DNA of 63,195 nt, filler included, from 4 parts of 4 records of this genome joined end to end with filler, not necessarily neighbours in it; one strand, 5' to 3'. Shown: positions 9,331-20,784, counted from the first letter of the whole stretch. Numbers and translations are program-made. The notes: a model not told the origin generated them from the sequence alone.

Positions 9331-10626
9331 ATGAAATTCTACAGTCTAAATAACCAAAATATTCAAGCTACCTTCAAAGAGGCGGTCATTGCAGGAATAG
9401 CTCCTGATAAAGGACTTTATTTTCCAGAAAGTATCATACCGCTTCCTGCTGATTTTTTCGAGAATATTGAAAAACTATCCAACCACGAAATAGCCTTCCA
9501 AGCTATTCATCAATTTGTGAGCGAGGACATTCCAGACGAAGCTTTAAAAGACATTATCGCCAATACGTTGGATTTTGATTTTCCCGTAGTCGAAATCGAA
9601 GAAAATGTGGCCACTTTGGAACTTTTTCATGGTCCTACAATGGCCTTTAAAGATGTTGGGGCTCGTTTTATGGCCAACTGTCTTGGATACTTTTCACAAG
9701 GAGAAAAACAGGATGTTACCGTACTTGTTGCTACATCTGGGGATACTGGTGGTGCCGTTGCCAATGGCTTTTTGGGGGTTGATGGCGTAAAAGTGGTCAT
9801 TCTCTACCCTAGCGGAAAGGTAAGCGAGATCCAAGAAAAACAATTGACCACGCTTGGACTAAATATTGAAGCCATGGAAGTTGATGGCGTTTTTGATGAT
9901 TGCCAACGTATGGTGAAGACAGCTTTTCTGGACACCGAAATTACCGACCACAAAAAACTGACCTCGGCCAACAGCATCAATGTTGCAAGGTGGTTGCCAC
10001 AGTTGTTCTACTTTTTATTCGCTTACAAACAAGCGAAACCAAAAGGAAAGGAAATTGTCTTTTCCGTACCATCGGGAAATTTTGGAAACATTTGTGCGGG
10101 GATGGTCGCCCAAAAATTGGGCATGCCCGTCAAACACTTCGTGGCCTCCACCAATGTGAACGATGTGGTACCAAAGTTCATGGAAAGCGGGGTTTACGAA
10201 CCCATGCCATCCGTGGCAACCATTTCTAATGCCATGGATGTGGGGGACCCCAGTAATTTCGTCCGCATCAGACATTTGTATCAAGATGATTTGGAGACGC
10301 TGCAAAAAAGTCTTTCCTCCTACTCCTTTACAGATGAAAACACCAAAGCAATCATGAAAGAGGTGTATTCCAAAACTGGCTACGTGATGGATCCCCATGG
10401 TGCCGTCGGTTATCTTGGACTGAAGGAATATCAGAAATCCAACCCGAATACCTTTGGTATTTTCTTGGAAACCGCCCATCCTGTGAAATTTTTGGATGTT
10501 GTGCAGGACACCTTGGAAATCAGCCCAAAGATTCCTCCCCAAATCATGAAAGTGATGGACAAAGAGAAAAAATCATATAAAATATCATCTTACGAAGAGT
10601 TAAAACAATTTCTTCTTGATGATTAA
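9331..10626 (+). CDS. thrC: Threonine synthase
   Basis: PLP-lysine motif FHGPTMAFKD, plus ATSGDTG, SANSIN, PSGNFGN and TAHPVKF. Confidence 0.96.
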   Translation: MKFYSLNNQNIQATFKEAVIAGIAPDKGLYFPESIIPLPADFFENIEKLSNHEIAFQAIHQFVSEDIPDEALKDIIANTLDFDFPVVEIEENVATLELFHGPTMAFKDVGARFMANCLGYFSQGEKQDVTVLVATSGDTGGAVANGFLGVDGVKVVILYPSGKVSEIQEKQLTTLGLNIEAMEVDGVFDDCQRMVKTAFLDTEITDHKKLTSANSINVARWLPQLFYFLFAYKQAKPKGKEIVFSVPSGNFGNICAGMVAQKLGMPVKHFVASTNVNDVVPKFMESGVYEPMPSVATISNAMDVGDPSNFVRIRHLYQDDLETLQKSLSSYSFTDENTKAIMKEVYSKTGYVMDPHGAVGYLGLKEYQKSNPNTFGIFLETAHPVKFLDVVQDTLEISPKIPPQIMKVMDKEKKSYKISSYEELKQFLLDD

Positions 10627-12239
10627 TCCAACTTGGGCAGTTTAAAACTGTCCAAGGGACTGGGTTGTTTCATTATTTTTTCGATTTCCTCAGCCTTTCG
10701 CGGTGCCATCCCTGAAAGATTGACGGGACCATTTTCAGTAATCAAGATATCATCTTCGATCCTAACGGCGATGCCCCACCATTTTTCATCGCAATCACTG
10801 TTTTCAGGAATATAGATTCCGGGCTCTACGGTGATAACCTGGTTAGGTTTGAAAGTTTGATAAGTCCCAGGGTCGTGCACATCCAATCCCAAATAATGGG
10901 ATGTCCCGTGCGGAAAATAGGTCCTGGCCTCTTTGGCGTCCTTGATAATGCCTAAATCCATCAATCCCTTTGTCACCACTTGCAAGGCAGCATTGTGCGG
11001 CTCACGAAAGGAAGCACCGACCACACTTGCGGCAATGCCCGCTTCCTGCGCATTGTAAACGATATCGTAAATGGCCTTTTGCTCTGGAGAGAATTTTCCA
11101 TTGGCCGGGATGGTACGGGTCACATCGGCCGTATAACCATGGTATTCCGCTCCCAAGTCCATCAAAACCAAATCGTCGCCGACCTTGGTTTTATTATTTT
11201 CAATATAGTGAAGAATACAGCCATTGTGTCCGCCACCTACAATGGATGGGTAGCCTTCGTATTCGGCACCATATCTTTTATAAACGTATTCGTGCACTCC
11301 TTGGATCTCGGTTTCTGACATATTGGGGTGCATGGCCTTCATCACCTCAATTTGGCCAACCGCAGAAATTTCAATGGCCTTTTTCAACAGCTTCATTTCC
11401 TCTGGGGTCTTATCTTGGCGTAATTCTGCCATTACCTTTGGTAAAATACTGGAATCCAAATTGGTGGAACGTTGAATCACCAGCACCTTATTCTTGATTT
11501 CATCACGGATTTCATCATTATTGGCCTCTACAAAATCGTTTAAGATATCATCCTCTTGCAATTCTGGGTAACGCTCCATATACCGCTTTATGGTTTCCGC
11601 TACCTCACCACTGTTCTCAGAGTTTGCAGTTGCTATTCGTTTATAAAGGCTATTCCGTGTGGGATTATAATCCGAAGGGTAATTCGCCTTTATCTTAAAG
11701 GTTTTGATAAGATCAAATAAATCCGCTTTTCCGGATTTATCCCGATAATCATTCTGGAAATCCACAAATGAAACATTATCAAAGGAAGTAAAATCCAAGG
11801 GGAAGTTTTCAAATTCACTTCCATTGTAGACCATATCGAATCCCAATTGTTCCTTCACTCCTTCTACACCCAAGCGTTTTCCTGTCCATTGCTCTGCTCG
11901 CGCATCTCTTTCCTGTACATAGAAAATCTCATTGAAAGTATTGCCTGAAGCATCGGTCTGCTCTTCGGAAAAAATAACCAAGACTGCATTGGGCTCCTTA
12001 TAGCCTGTCAGGTAATAAAAATTGGGGTCTTGATGATACACATAATCAACATCATTGGCCCTATTTCGTTCGGCATTGGCAAAGAGGACCACAGCTGTAT
12101 TTGTGGGCAATTTTTTCCTAACAGCATCTCTTCTTTCCTTATGAAAATCGGCGGGCAAGTAGTCCGTTGGCAAATTCTGTGAAATTGCCATTGCCCCCAC
12201 CAACAAAGCGGAGAAAAGGCTCAATATAAATTTTGACAT
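10623..12239 (-). CDS. Xaa-Pro aminopeptidase (M24B) with a probable signal peptide
   Basis: AMP_N domain (QDPNFYYLTG) and metal ligands in DLGAEY, ADVTRT, HYLGLDVHD, TVEPGIY and VRIEDD. Hydrophobic N-terminus MSKFILSLFSALLVGAMA. Confidence 0.9.
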   Translation of the reverse strand: MSKFILSLFSALLVGAMAISQNLPTDYLPADFHKERRDAVRKKLPTNTAVVLFANAERNRANDVDYVYHQDPNFYYLTGYKEPNAVLVIFSEEQTDASGNTFNEIFYVQERDARAEQWTGKRLGVEGVKEQLGFDMVYNGSEFENFPLDFTSFDNVSFVDFQNDYRDKSGKADLFDLIKTFKIKANYPSDYNPTRNSLYKRIATANSENSGEVAETIKRYMERYPELQEDDILNDFVEANNDEIRDEIKNKVLVIQRSTNLDSSILPKVMAELRQDKTPEEMKLLKKAIEISAVGQIEVMKAMHPNMSETEIQGVHEYVYKRYGAEYEGYPSIVGGGHNGCILHYIENNKTKVGDDLVLMDLGAEYHGYTADVTRTIPANGKFSPEQKAIYDIVYNAQEAGIAASVVGASFREPHNAALQVVTKGLMDLGIIKDAKEARTYFPHGTSHYLGLDVHDPGTYQTFKPNQVITVEPGIYIPENSDCDEKWWGIAVRIEDDILITENGPVNLSGMAPRKAEEIEKIMKQPSPLDSFKLPKLD

Positions 12240-12350
12240 GCTTTTATTTTTTTTCAAAATACGAATTTTGGACATATAATGAGACGCTTGTTGATTCAGT
12301 TTTAGGAAAATCATAATATCCAAAAATAAGCGTATCCCTAATTAATTACA

Positions 12351-12358
12351 TAAATTTG
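12351..12358 (+). promoter_or_regulatory. Bacteroidota -7 promoter element for gcvT
   Basis: TAAATTTG, 21 nt upstream of the ATG at 12380. Confidence 0.65.
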
Positions 12359-12379
12359 CCAATCTTAAAAATAGAGTCA

Positions 12380-13468
12380 ATGAAAAATACTGCCCTTACC
12401 AAAACACATGAGGCCCTTGGGGCCAAAATGGTACCTTTTGCCGGTTATAATATGCCTGTTTCCTATGAAGGTGTGAATATTGAGCATGAAACCGTCCGCA
12501 AGGCGGTAGGTGTGTTCGATGTGTCCCACATGGGCGAGTTTTTGATAGAGGGCCCAAAAGCTTTGGAGCTGATTCAAAAGGTATCCACCAACGATGCTTC
12601 CAAATTGGAGATAGGTAAAGCGCAGTATAGCTGTTTGACCAACGAAACGGGGGGTATCGTAGACGATTTGATTATTTATATGATCAAGGACGAAACCTAT
12701 CTTTTGGTGGTAAATGCATCCAACATTGACAAGGACTGGCAACATATTTCCAAGTACAACGAAAGTATAGGTGCCGATATGCGCAACCTATCCGATGATT
12801 ATTCCCTATTGGCCATCCAAGGACCAAAAGCTGTGGAGGCCATGCAATCTTTGACTTCTGTGGATTTGTCGTCCATCAAGTTCTATAATTTTGTAGTAGG
12901 AGATTTTGCAGGAATCGAACACGTCATCATTTCCGCCACCGGATACACGGGTTCTGGCGGTTTTGAGATTTATTGTAAGAATTCAGAAGTACAACAGGTG
13001 TGGGACAAGGTTTTGGAAGCAGGTACTGATTTTGGCATCAAACCCATCGGTTTGGCCGCTCGTGACACTTTACGTTTGGAAATGGGGTATTGCCTTTACG
13101 GAAACGATATCGACGATACTACTTCCCCTTTTGAAGCTGGACTGGGCTGGATTACCAAGTTCACCAAAGATTTTGTGAACAGCGACAATCTCTCCAAAGA
13201 AAAGGCGGAAGGATCTAAACGTAAACTGGTCGCCTTCCAAATGGAAGAACGTGGGATTCCCAGAGCTGGTTACCCCATCTTGGATGCCGATGGCAACGAA
13301 ATCGGGAAAGTAACCTCAGGGACTATGTCTCCTTCGCTTTCCAAAGGAATTGGTTTGGGTTATGTGACTACAGCTCACTCCAAATTGGACACCCCGATTT
13401 TTATTCAAATCCGAATCAACAAAGTTCCTGCAACCGTAGTCAAATTACCATTCTACAAAAATACCTAG
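12380..13468 (+). CDS. gcvT: Glycine cleavage system aminomethyltransferase T
   Basis: [17 protein letters not shown] and [18 protein letters not shown]. Confidence 0.96.
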   Translation: MKNTALTKTHEALGAKMVPFAGYNMPVSYEGVNIEHETVRKAVGVFDVSHMGEFLIEGPKALELIQKVSTNDASKLEIGKAQYSCLTNETGGIVDDLIIYMIKDETYLLVVNASNIDKDWQHISKYNESIGADMRNLSDDYSLLAIQGPKAVEAMQSLTSVDLSSIKFYNFVVGDFAGIEHVIISATGYTGSGGFEIYCKNSEVQQVWDKVLEAGTDFGIKPIGLAARDTLRLEMGYCLYGNDIDDTTSPFEAGLGWITKFTKDFVNSDNLSKEKAEGSKRKLVAFQMEERGIPRAGYPILDADGNEIGKVTSGTMSPSLSKGIGLGYVTTAHSKLDTPIFIQIRINKVPATVVKLPFYKNT

Positions 13469-13475
13469 GTAGCCT

Positions 13476-14294
13476 TTGGATAAAAAAAAGATATTGATAT
13501 TAGGTGCAAGTGGATTTGTGGGCAATGCCATATACAAAGAACTCTGCTCCTATTTTGATACCTACGGTACTTACTATTCCAACCGCTCTTTTGCAAAAAA
13601 CAAGCAATTTATTCGGTACGACTTAGAGGAGGATGATATTTTTCAGGTACTCGAACAGGTTAGGCCCGATGTCATCGTCTCTGCTCTCCGCGGAAATTTT
13701 CCTGCACAGATACAGGCTCATCAACATTTGATGGAATATTTGATAAAAACCGATGCCAAGTTATACTTTATTTCATCGGCCAATGTATTCGATGCCTACA
13801 GCAAATTTCCATCCTATGAGCAGGACAAAACATTGTCGTTAAGCGTTTACGGTCGTCTAAAAATCAAAATTGAGAACATGATGATGCGGTTGCCCAAGGA
13901 AAAGACCGCCATTCTCAGAATCCCCATGGTTTTTGGAAACTTCTCGCCCAGAATCAAGGAAATCAAGGAAAATATAGAGAACAACGAACCTATTGAAGTG
14001 TTTCCTAACCTCATCATCAATGTGACCAACGACGATAGGCTTACCCAACAAATCCACTACCTCATCAATCGGAACAAAACGGGCATTCATCATTTAGGCA
14101 GCAGCGACCTTATCCAGCATGAGGAATTCATCAAAGAGGTTATTGCACATTTGGGAAATTATCATCCAATCTACAAAAGGGTCTACACCACCAACGAAGA
14201 CCGATACTTGGCCGCTTTGCCCAAGGATAACTTACTTCCTAAAAATTTACGAGTCAGCTGTCAGGAGATAATCGACCATCATCTTCCCGTATAG
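13476..14294 (+). CDS. RmlD-like (extended SDR) sugar-nucleotide-binding protein
   Basis: GASGFVG Rossmann motif, FISSANVFD and a YGRLK (YxxxK) motif. Confidence 0.75.
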   Translation: MDKKKILILGASGFVGNAIYKELCSYFDTYGTYYSNRSFAKNKQFIRYDLEEDDIFQVLEQVRPDVIVSALRGNFPAQIQAHQHLMEYLIKTDAKLYFISSANVFDAYSKFPSYEQDKTLSLSVYGRLKIKIENMMMRLPKEKTAILRIPMVFGNFSPRIKEIKENIENNEPIEVFPNLIINVTNDDRLTQQIHYLINRNKTGIHHLGSSDLIQHEEFIKEVIAHLGNYHPIYKRVYTTNEDRYLAALPKDNLLPKNLRVSCQEIIDHHLPV

Positions 14295-14340
14295 TTTTCT
14301 TTTCAGTGTTAAATTGGTTATCTTCTGAAAAAACATATTT

Positions 14341-14622
14341 ATGAAGAAGATGAACACCAATGAAATTGAAAAAGCCCTTGAAACATTATCTGGCTGGTCC
14401 CTAAAAGAGGAAATGATCGTTAAGTCCTTCACTTTTGAGGATTTCAAGGAGACGTTTTCCAAAATGACCCATATCGCGTTTGAATGTGAAAAACAAAATC
14501 ACCATCCGGAGTGGGAAAATGTGTACAACAGCCTCACTATAAAACTGAGCACTCACGATGCCGATGGGGTTACACAAAAAGACATTGACCTCGCTACATC
14601 CATTGAAAAAATTATTGGCTAG
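14341..14622 (+). CDS. Pterin-4-alpha-carbinolamine dehydratase
   Basis: NHHPEW and LSTHDADGVTQKD motifs. Confidence 0.92.
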   Translation: MKKMNTNEIEKALETLSGWSLKEEMIVKSFTFEDFKETFSKMTHIAFECEKQNHHPEWENVYNSLTIKLSTHDADGVTQKDIDLATSIEKIIG

Positions 14623-14661
14623 CTTGAAAGATAATCATCTTGACAAAGGTGCATTTTTTGC

Positions 14662-14669
14662 TAAATTTG
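14662..14669 (+). promoter_or_regulatory. Bacteroidota -7 promoter element for yebC
   Basis: TAAATTTG with a TTG (-33-like) at 14640-14642. Confidence 0.65.
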
Positions 14670-14693
14670 CCAGCATCCAGAATTTAAGAATAT

Positions 14694-15047
14694 ATGGGAA
14701 GAGCGTTCGAATTTAGAAAAGCACGGAAAATGAAGCGTTGGGCCGCCATGTCCAAAGCATTTACCCGAATTGGGAAAGATATTGTAATGGCTGTTAAGGA
14801 AGGTGGCCCGGATCCAGATGCCAATTCCAAGCTACGTGCCGTAATTCAGAATGCTAAGGCGGTCAACATGCCCAAGGACAATATTGAGCGCGCTATTAAG
14901 AGAGCTTCTGACAAAAACCAAGGGGATTACAAAGAGGTGTTGTTTGAAGGTTACGCCCCCCACGGAATCGCCATTTTGATAGAGACCGCAACCGATAACA
15001 ATACGCGTACGGTGGCGAACATCCGTAGTTATTTTAATAAATGTAAT
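14694..15047 (+). CDS. yebC: YebC/PmpR (TACO1) family protein, 3'-truncated by the gap
   Basis: [32 protein letters not shown] and TDNNTRT. Confidence 0.92.
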
Positions 15048-15147
15048 NNNNNNNNNNNNNNNNNNNNNNNNNNNNNNNNNNNNNNNNNNNNTTAATTAAT
15101 TAANNNNNNNNNNNNNNNNNNNNNNNNNNNNNNNNNNNNNNNNNNNN
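15048..15147. other. Artificial contig linker
   Basis: 100 nt of N with a central TTAATTAATTAA (stops in all frames). GC content and taxon change across it. Confidence 0.98.
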
Positions 15148-15148
15148 C

Positions 15149-16432
15149 TGGTGGTTCTGGGATCCGGTGGAAAATGCCTCGTTCATGCCGTGGTTGGCGG
15201 GAACTGCGTTGTTGCACTCCGCTCTGGTCATGGAAAAGCGCGAGGCATTGAAGATATGGACGATCCTTTTGTCCATCCTGACCTTTTCCCTGTCGCTTCT
15301 GGGTACTTTTCTGGTTCGCTCCGGTGTTCTGACATCAGTTCATGCCTTTGCCACGGATCCATCGCGCGGCATTTTCATACTTGTTATCCTATCTGTTTTT
15401 ATTGGTGGTTCGCTGGCGCTCTTTGCATGGCGTGCACCGGTTCTCAAGGCCGGAGGACTGTTCTCACCGATCTCGCGGGAAGGTGCTTTGGTCTTCAATA
15501 ACCTGGTGCTGACGGTTGCGACCGGAACGGTGCTGGTTGGAACGCTTTATCCGCTTTTGCTGGAAACACTCACAGGTGACAAAATTTCCGTTGGTGCGCC
15601 GTTCTTCAATCTGACTTTCGGCGTTTTGATGATCCCGCTTTTACTTGCAGTACCGTTCGGTCCGATGCTGTCGTGGAAGCGCGGCGACCTGAAAGCGGCT
15701 TCCGAGAGGTTGATTGTTGCCGCGGCTCTGGCACTGGTTTGCGGTGCAGCTTTCGTTTACGCGCATTCGGGTGGTCCGGTGCTGGCCGGTTTTGGCATCG
15801 CTATAGGATTTTACCTTATTTTTGGGGCGATCAGTGATCTGCGTTTCAGGGCTGGTTTTGGCCGCGTTCCGTTTTCAAAGGCCTGGCCACGCTTCAAAGG
15901 GCTGCCTCGCTCGGCCTTTGGCGCCGCGTTGGCGCATTTAGGTTTGGGCGTTTGCGTTCTCGGTATTATTGCCGTTTCACTTTACGAAACCGAAACAGTG
16001 CTTGATATGACGCCCGGCATGCAGGTCGAAGCGGGTGGATATCAGCTGACATATGAGGGCGTGAGCACGGTTCGCGGCCCAAATTACGTCGATGATCTCG
16101 GTCTTTTCAGTGTCGTCAGAAACGGCAAGCCGGTAGGCGAGATCTCGTCGGCGAAGCGCGTTTATGTGGCCAGTCAAACGCCTACCACCGAAGCCGGTAT
16201 CATGACGTTTGGTCTCAGCCAGCTTTATGTTTCGCTCGGTGATCCGAGCCAGTCTGGCGGCCAGATCGTTCGAATCTGGTGGAAGCCGTTTATTCTATGT
16301 ATCTGGCTCGGCGGCGTCATCATGGCAGTTGGCGGTTTCGTTTCGCTGACAGATCGGCGGCTTCGTATCGGTGCGCCTGTACGAAGACAGAAAACCTCGC
16401 CGGTGAAGGCAGTGCCGGAGGCCGCGGAATGA
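15149..16432 (+). CDS. ccmF: Cytochrome c heme lyase CcmF/CycK, 5'-truncated
   Basis: Frame opens with [11 protein letters not shown] (WxWD motif); also [12 protein letters not shown] and TTEAGI. Confidence 0.94.
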   Translation, partial: WWFWDPVENASFMPWLAGTALLHSALVMEKREALKIWTILLSILTFSLSLLGTFLVRSGVLTSVHAFATDPSRGIFILVILSVFIGGSLALFAWRAPVLKAGGLFSPISREGALVFNNLVLTVATGTVLVGTLYPLLLETLTGDKISVGAPFFNLTFGVLMIPLLLAVPFGPMLSWKRGDLKAASERLIVAAALALVCGAAFVYAHSGGPVLAGFGIAIGFYLIFGAISDLRFRAGFGRVPFSKAWPRFKGLPRSAFGAALAHLGLGVCVLGIIAVSLYETETVLDMTPGMQVEAGGYQLTYEGVSTVRGPNYVDDLGLFSVVRNGKPVGEISSAKRVYVASQTPTTEAGIMTFGLSQLYVSLGDPSQSGGQIVRIWWKPFILCIWLGGVIMAVGGFVSLTDRRLRIGAPVRRQKTSPVKAVPEAAE

Positions 16433-16893
16433 TGAAACGTATCTTTATCACTGCCTTGATGTTGATGCTTTCAGCTTTGCCTAGCTTTGCTGTGAATCCG
16501 GATGAAGTGCTGGATAATCCCGCGCTGGAGGCGCGTGCGCGTTCCATTTCTGCGGAACTGCGCTGCATGGTTTGCCAGAATCAATCCATTGATGATTCCA
16601 ATGCCGAACTGGCGCGTGATCTTCGTCTGCTCGTTCGCGCGCGCATTGAAGCCGGAGACAGCGATCGCGAAGTGCTGGATTATGTTGTCTCCCGCTATGG
16701 GGAGTTTGTTCTTTTAAAGCCGCGATTTACGGCGAATACGGTTCTTCTCTGGGGTGCACCGGTGCTTTTGTTCATTCTGGCCGTTTTGGTTGTTTTTCGC
16801 TTTGCACATGCCCGACGTCAGGCGGACAGGCCATTGACCCGCGCAGAAGAGGCGGAGCTTGAACGGCTTTTGTCAAAAACAGACGAGGATTAA
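16429..16893 (+). CDS. ccmH: Cytochrome c biogenesis protein CcmH/CycL
   Basis: Signal peptide, [14 protein letters not shown] and RYGEFVL. Overlaps the ccmF stop (ATGA). Confidence 0.93.
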   Translation: MMKRIFITALMLMLSALPSFAVNPDEVLDNPALEARARSISAELRCMVCQNQSIDDSNAELARDLRLLVRARIEAGDSDREVLDYVVSRYGEFVLLKPRFTANTVLLWGAPVLLFILAVLVVFRFAHARRQADRPLTRAEEAELERLLSKTDED

Positions 16894-17001
16894 CAATCCG
16901 TCATCTTGCGGACAGCGTTCTGTAACGTCATCTGATCTATATTGCCTTTATCCGAATTGAAGTGACGATCTGAAATGGTCTCAAAGGAAAAGGTAATCCT
17001 G

Positions 17002-18537
17002 ATGTTCGATCAGTCCATTGGACAGAAAAAACTCAAACCCATTCTCAAAGCCTCTGCTGCGGTTGGCATGGCCGCTGTGCTGTTTTCGGCTGGTGCGCCG
17101 CTTGCCGTGCCGCAGGCATATGCTGATCCGGTTCATGTGCAGGCACCGGAAGTTCCCGGCTTTGCCGATGTAGTTGATGCGGTTTCACCCGCCGTCGTTT
17201 CTGTTGTCGTCGAGAGCGACATGCAGCCCGTTGCCCAGAATGATCAGAACTTCGGTTTCGGATTTGGCGGGCGTGGGTTTGACAGTCTCCCCGATGACCA
17301 TCCTCTCAAGCGTTTCTTCAAGGATTTCGGTGCGCCGAACCCTCCTGCCAAGCCGCAAGAGCGGAAAGGCCGTCCGCGCCCGATCGCTCAGGGATCCGGC
17401 TTCTTCGTTTCTGAAGATGGCTATCTGGTTACCAACAATCATGTCGTGCGCGAGGGTGATAAATTCTCGGTCGTGATGGATGATGGTACGGAATACGACG
17501 CAAAGCTCGTCGGGACCGATCCGCGCACGGACCTGGCCGTTTTGAAGGTCGACTCTGATCAGGACTTCACCTACGTCAAGTTTGCTGATGACGCCAATCT
17601 GCGCGTCGGTGACTGGGTTGTTGCAGTCGGTAACCCGTTCGGTCTCGGTGGTACTGTGACGGCAGGTATCGTTTCGGCCATGGGGCGCGATATTGCCTCC
17701 GGCCCCTATGATGACTACATCCAGATTGATGCGGCCGTGAATCACGGTAACTCCGGTGGCCCGGATTTCAATCTGAATGGTGAAGTTGTTGGCATTAACA
17801 CGGCAATCTTTTCGCCATCCGGCGGCAATGTCGGTATCGCCTTTGCTATCCCCTCCCATCTGGCGCAGGATATCGTTACTGACTTGATTGATGATGGTCA
17901 GGTACAGCGCGGCTGGCTTGGTGTTCGTATTCAACCGGTCACTGAGGACATTGCAGAATCGATCGGCCTGGCCAAAGCTGAAGGCGCATTGATCTCCGAG
18001 CCAACGGCCGATAGCCCCGGCGCCAACGCTGGTTTGAAACAGGGTGATGTGATTACCGCTGTTAATGGTGAGGTTGTTGAGGATGCCCGTGCTCTTTCTC
18101 GCAAGATTGGCATGATGGACCCCGGACAAACTGTTGAGCTTTCTGTCTGGCGTGATGGCAAGTCACAAACGATTGACGTGAAGCTGGGTGAATTTCCGAA
18201 CGAGGAAGAACTTGCTGCGGCTGAAGGCTCCAGTGGACCGGCCCAAAGCGCATTGATGGCGCAACTCGGCTTTGAAGTTCAGCCTGCAGATGACGGCAAG
18301 GGTGTTGTTGTAACGGCCGTTGATCCGAATTCGGATGCCGCCGCCAAGGGGTTGAGCGAAGGGCAGAAGATCCTGAGTGTGAACAACAAGGAAGTCTCTT
18401 CAGGCGAAGATGTTCTCAAACAGGTGACAGCCGCCGCTGACAACGGCCGTTCGCAGGCACTGTTCCAAGTTGAGACAGAGAACGGAAGCATGTTCACCGC
18501 TCTGCCAACGTCGAACGGTTCTGAAGAAGCTGAATAA
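17002..18537 (+). CDS. degP: DegP/HtrA periplasmic serine protease with two PDZ domains
   Basis: TNNHVV, DLAVLK and GNSGGP catalytic motifs; PDZ motif RGWLGV. The start could be 16975. Confidence 0.92.
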   Translation: MFDQSIGQKKLKPILKASAAVGMAAVLFSAGAPLAVPQAYADPVHVQAPEVPGFADVVDAVSPAVVSVVVESDMQPVAQNDQNFGFGFGGRGFDSLPDDHPLKRFFKDFGAPNPPAKPQERKGRPRPIAQGSGFFVSEDGYLVTNNHVVREGDKFSVVMDDGTEYDAKLVGTDPRTDLAVLKVDSDQDFTYVKFADDANLRVGDWVVAVGNPFGLGGTVTAGIVSAMGRDIASGPYDDYIQIDAAVNHGNSGGPDFNLNGEVVGINTAIFSPSGGNVGIAFAIPSHLAQDIVTDLIDDGQVQRGWLGVRIQPVTEDIAESIGLAKAEGALISEPTADSPGANAGLKQGDVITAVNGEVVEDARALSRKIGMMDPGQTVELSVWRDGKSQTIDVKLGEFPNEEELAAAEGSSGPAQSALMAQLGFEVQPADDGKGVVVTAVDPNSDAAAKGLSEGQKILSVNNKEVSSGEDVLKQVTAAADNGRSQALFQVETENGSMFTALPTSNGSEEAE

Positions 18538-18557
18538 TCGTCTGGAAATCAGACAAC

Positions 18558-18588
18558 GGCGCGCGTTCAACAGGCGCGCGCCTTTTTT
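18558..18588 (+). terminator. Intrinsic terminator after degP
   Basis: GGCGCGCGT...GCGCGCGCC stem followed by TTTTTT. Confidence 0.75.
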
Positions 18589-18669
18589 GACCGGAGTGTC
18601 AAAATGCCCATGGAACAAACCGGAAGAGCCGCTTGTGCGGACGATCTGAATGGCGATATGGTCTCCACC

Positions 18670-19350
18670 ATGCGCATTCTTGTAATTGAAGACGATCTTG
18701 AAGCTGCCGCCTATCTGACCAAGGCCTTTCGCGAGGCCGGCATTGCCTGTGAGCACGCCGGTGACGGCGAGAGCGGGCTTTTTATGGCCTGTGAAAATGA
18801 CTATGACGTTCTGGTCGTCGACAGGATGCTGCCGCGTCGTGATGGAATTTCCGTTATCTCTGCTTTAAGGGCGCGGGGCGTACATACACCGGTTTTGATT
18901 CTGTCCGCACTTGGTCAGGTTGATGACCGTGTAACAGGCTTGCGGGCAGGGGGCGATGACTACCTGCCAAAACCCTATGCGTTCAGCGAACTTCTGGCGC
19001 GCGTTGAAGTTCTAGGCCGGCGCAAAGGCACACCGGATCAGGATATGATCTATCGCGTTGGCGATCTTGAGCTTGACCGTTTGTCACATGAGGTGCGGCG
19101 AGCCGGCCGGGAAATAACATTGCAGCCGCGTGAATATCGGCTTCTTGAATATCTGATGAAGAATGCCGGACAGGTGGTAACCCGCACCATGCTTCTGGAA
19201 AATGTCTGGGATTATCATTTCGATCCCCAGACAAATGTCATTGACGTTCATGTTTCCCGGTTGCGTTCGAAAATCGAGAAGGATTTCGACAGGCCACTGC
19301 TGAAGACGATCCGCGGCTCCGGTTATATGATCAAAGATGATGGATCATAG
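18670..19350 (+). CDS. OmpR-family response regulator
   Basis: MRILVIEDD, VVDRMLP, DDYLPKPY and a winged helix (NVIDVHVSRLRSKI). Confidence 0.93.
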   Translation: MRILVIEDDLEAAAYLTKAFREAGIACEHAGDGESGLFMACENDYDVLVVDRMLPRRDGISVISALRARGVHTPVLILSALGQVDDRVTGLRAGGDDYLPKPYAFSELLARVEVLGRRKGTPDQDMIYRVGDLELDRLSHEVRRAGREITLQPREYRLLEYLMKNAGQVVTRTMLLENVWDYHFDPQTNVIDVHVSRLRSKIEKDFDRPLLKTIRGSGYMIKDDGS

Positions 19351-19362
19351 GGCTTGATTGTG

Positions 19363-20784
19363 ATGGCAAGGCTGCGGCTTATGTTCAAATCCACGGCCGT
19401 CAGGCTTTCGGCCGTTTATATTCTGCTCTTCGGGCTTTGTGCCGCTGTGATGGTTTTCTATGTTACAGCGGTGTCTGAAGGTCTTGTGATGCGCCAGATG
19501 CGCAACTCGCTTGACCGGGAAATTGCCCAGCTTGACCTTGCTTTCGATACCGGCGGTGTTCGTAAACTGTTCAATATTGTCGAGCGTCGCGCGCGCCAGC
19601 CCGGCGCAAATCTGTATGTTCTGGCCAGCCCACAGGGTGAAATATTGGCGAGCAATGTGGCTTCCATTCAACCCGGTGTTATCGGGAATTCAGGGTGGGT
19701 CAAAAATTCTTTCCGCTACGAACGCTTTGCTGAAGAAGACCGGCCTTCGCGCCAGAATATCGCGACCGGCTATGTCATCGTTCTCGATAACGGTATGCGT
19801 TTGTTGATAGGCAGGGATCTGGGAGACCCGGAACGGCTTCATATCGTTGTGCGGCAGGCACTGCTGCTTGCACTTTTGATTATGGGCGTAGGAGCGCTTA
19901 TCATCTGGTTTGCGATCGGGCGCAATGCGTTGAAGCGTATGGATCGCATGTCACGTGCCAGCGCCCGCATCATGGCGGGTGACCTTGCGCAACGGCTTCC
20001 GGTTACAGGTTCTGGCGATGAATTTGACCGGCTCTCCAACTCTCTAAACCAGATGCTTGAGCGGATTGTGAAGCTTAATGAAGGTCTGCGTCAGGTCTCC
20101 GACAATATTGCGCATGATCTGAAAACGCCTTTGACCCGGCTTCGGAACAAAGCTGCTGATGCCGCAATCATGGGTGATGGTGACGAGCGCCGCGCGGCCC
20201 TTGACGGTATCATCGCCGAATCGGATCAACTGATCCGTACTTTCAACGCACTTCTGATGATTTCACGGGTTGAGGCGGGTTCGATGGCTGCTGAAATGTC
20301 GCCCGTAAATCTTTCTGCAATCGTTGAAGACAGCGTGGAGCTTTATGGCCCTGTTGCCGAAGAAGCCGGATTGATGCTCTCCTGCGATGCGACGGCTGAT
20401 GTCACGATCAACGGTAATCGTGAACTGATCGGCCAGGCGCTGTTCAATCTGCTCGACAACGCCATCAAGTATGCTGTTCACGGTGAAGGGCCGCGTGAGA
20501 TCCGACTTCAACTCAGATGTGAAAAGGATCAGGCGGTCTGTGTCGTCGCGGACAATGGTCCCGGGATACCTGCCGATCAGATGGATGACGTGAAGAAGCG
20601 CTTCGTCCGGCTGGATGAAAGCCGTTCGAAACCGGGCACGGGGCTTGGGCTTTCGCTGGTTGAGGCTGTAGCCAGCATGCATAAAGCGCGCTTCGAACTG
20701 GCCGAGGCCCGTAACCATTTCCCTGATTTGAACGGACTTGCCGCCATACTGACCTTCCCCCTTTCCATGACAAATCAATCCTGA
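19363..20784 (+). CDS. HAMP-containing sensor histidine kinase (intact)
   Basis: Two TM helices, HAMP, H-box IAHDLKTPL, N-box NLLDNAIKY, DNGPGI and GTGLGL. Confidence 0.93.
   Translation: MARLRLMFKSTAVRLSAVYILLFGLCAAVMVFYVTAVSEGLVMRQMRNSLDREIAQLDLAFDTGGVRKLFNIVERRARQPGANLYVLASPQGEILASNVASIQPGVIGNSGWVKNSFRYERFAEEDRPSRQNIATGYVIVLDNGMRLLIGRDLGDPERLHIVVRQALLLALLIMGVGALIIWFAIGRNALKRMDRMSRASARIMAGDLAQRLPVTGSGDEFDRLSNSLNQMLERIVKLNEGLRQVSDNIAHDLKTPLTRLRNKAADAAIMGDGDERRAALDGIIAESDQLIRTFNALLMISRVEAGSMAAEMSPVNLSAIVEDSVELYGPVAEEAGLMLSCDATADVTINGNRELIGQALFNLLDNAIKYAVHGEGPREIRLQLRCEKDQAVCVVADNGPGIPADQMDDVKKRFVRLDESRSKPGTGLGLSLVEAVASMHKARFELAEARNHFPDLNGLAAILTFPLSMTNQS

Noticed and set aside
12240-12379. 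Glycine riboswitch upstream of gcvT
   Set aside because: The -7 promoter element is only 21 nt from the ATG and no aptamer motifs are present.
15092-15103. TTAATTAATTAA as a biological repeat or CtrA site
   Set aside because: It occurs identically in the middle of all three N-runs, so it is an all-frame-stop assembly linker.
17185-18129. Long antisense ORFs (also 44073-44786, 56945-57925, 59036-59929, 62192-62884)
   Set aside because: Shadow frames of well-supported genes in GC-rich DNA, with no recognisable motifs.
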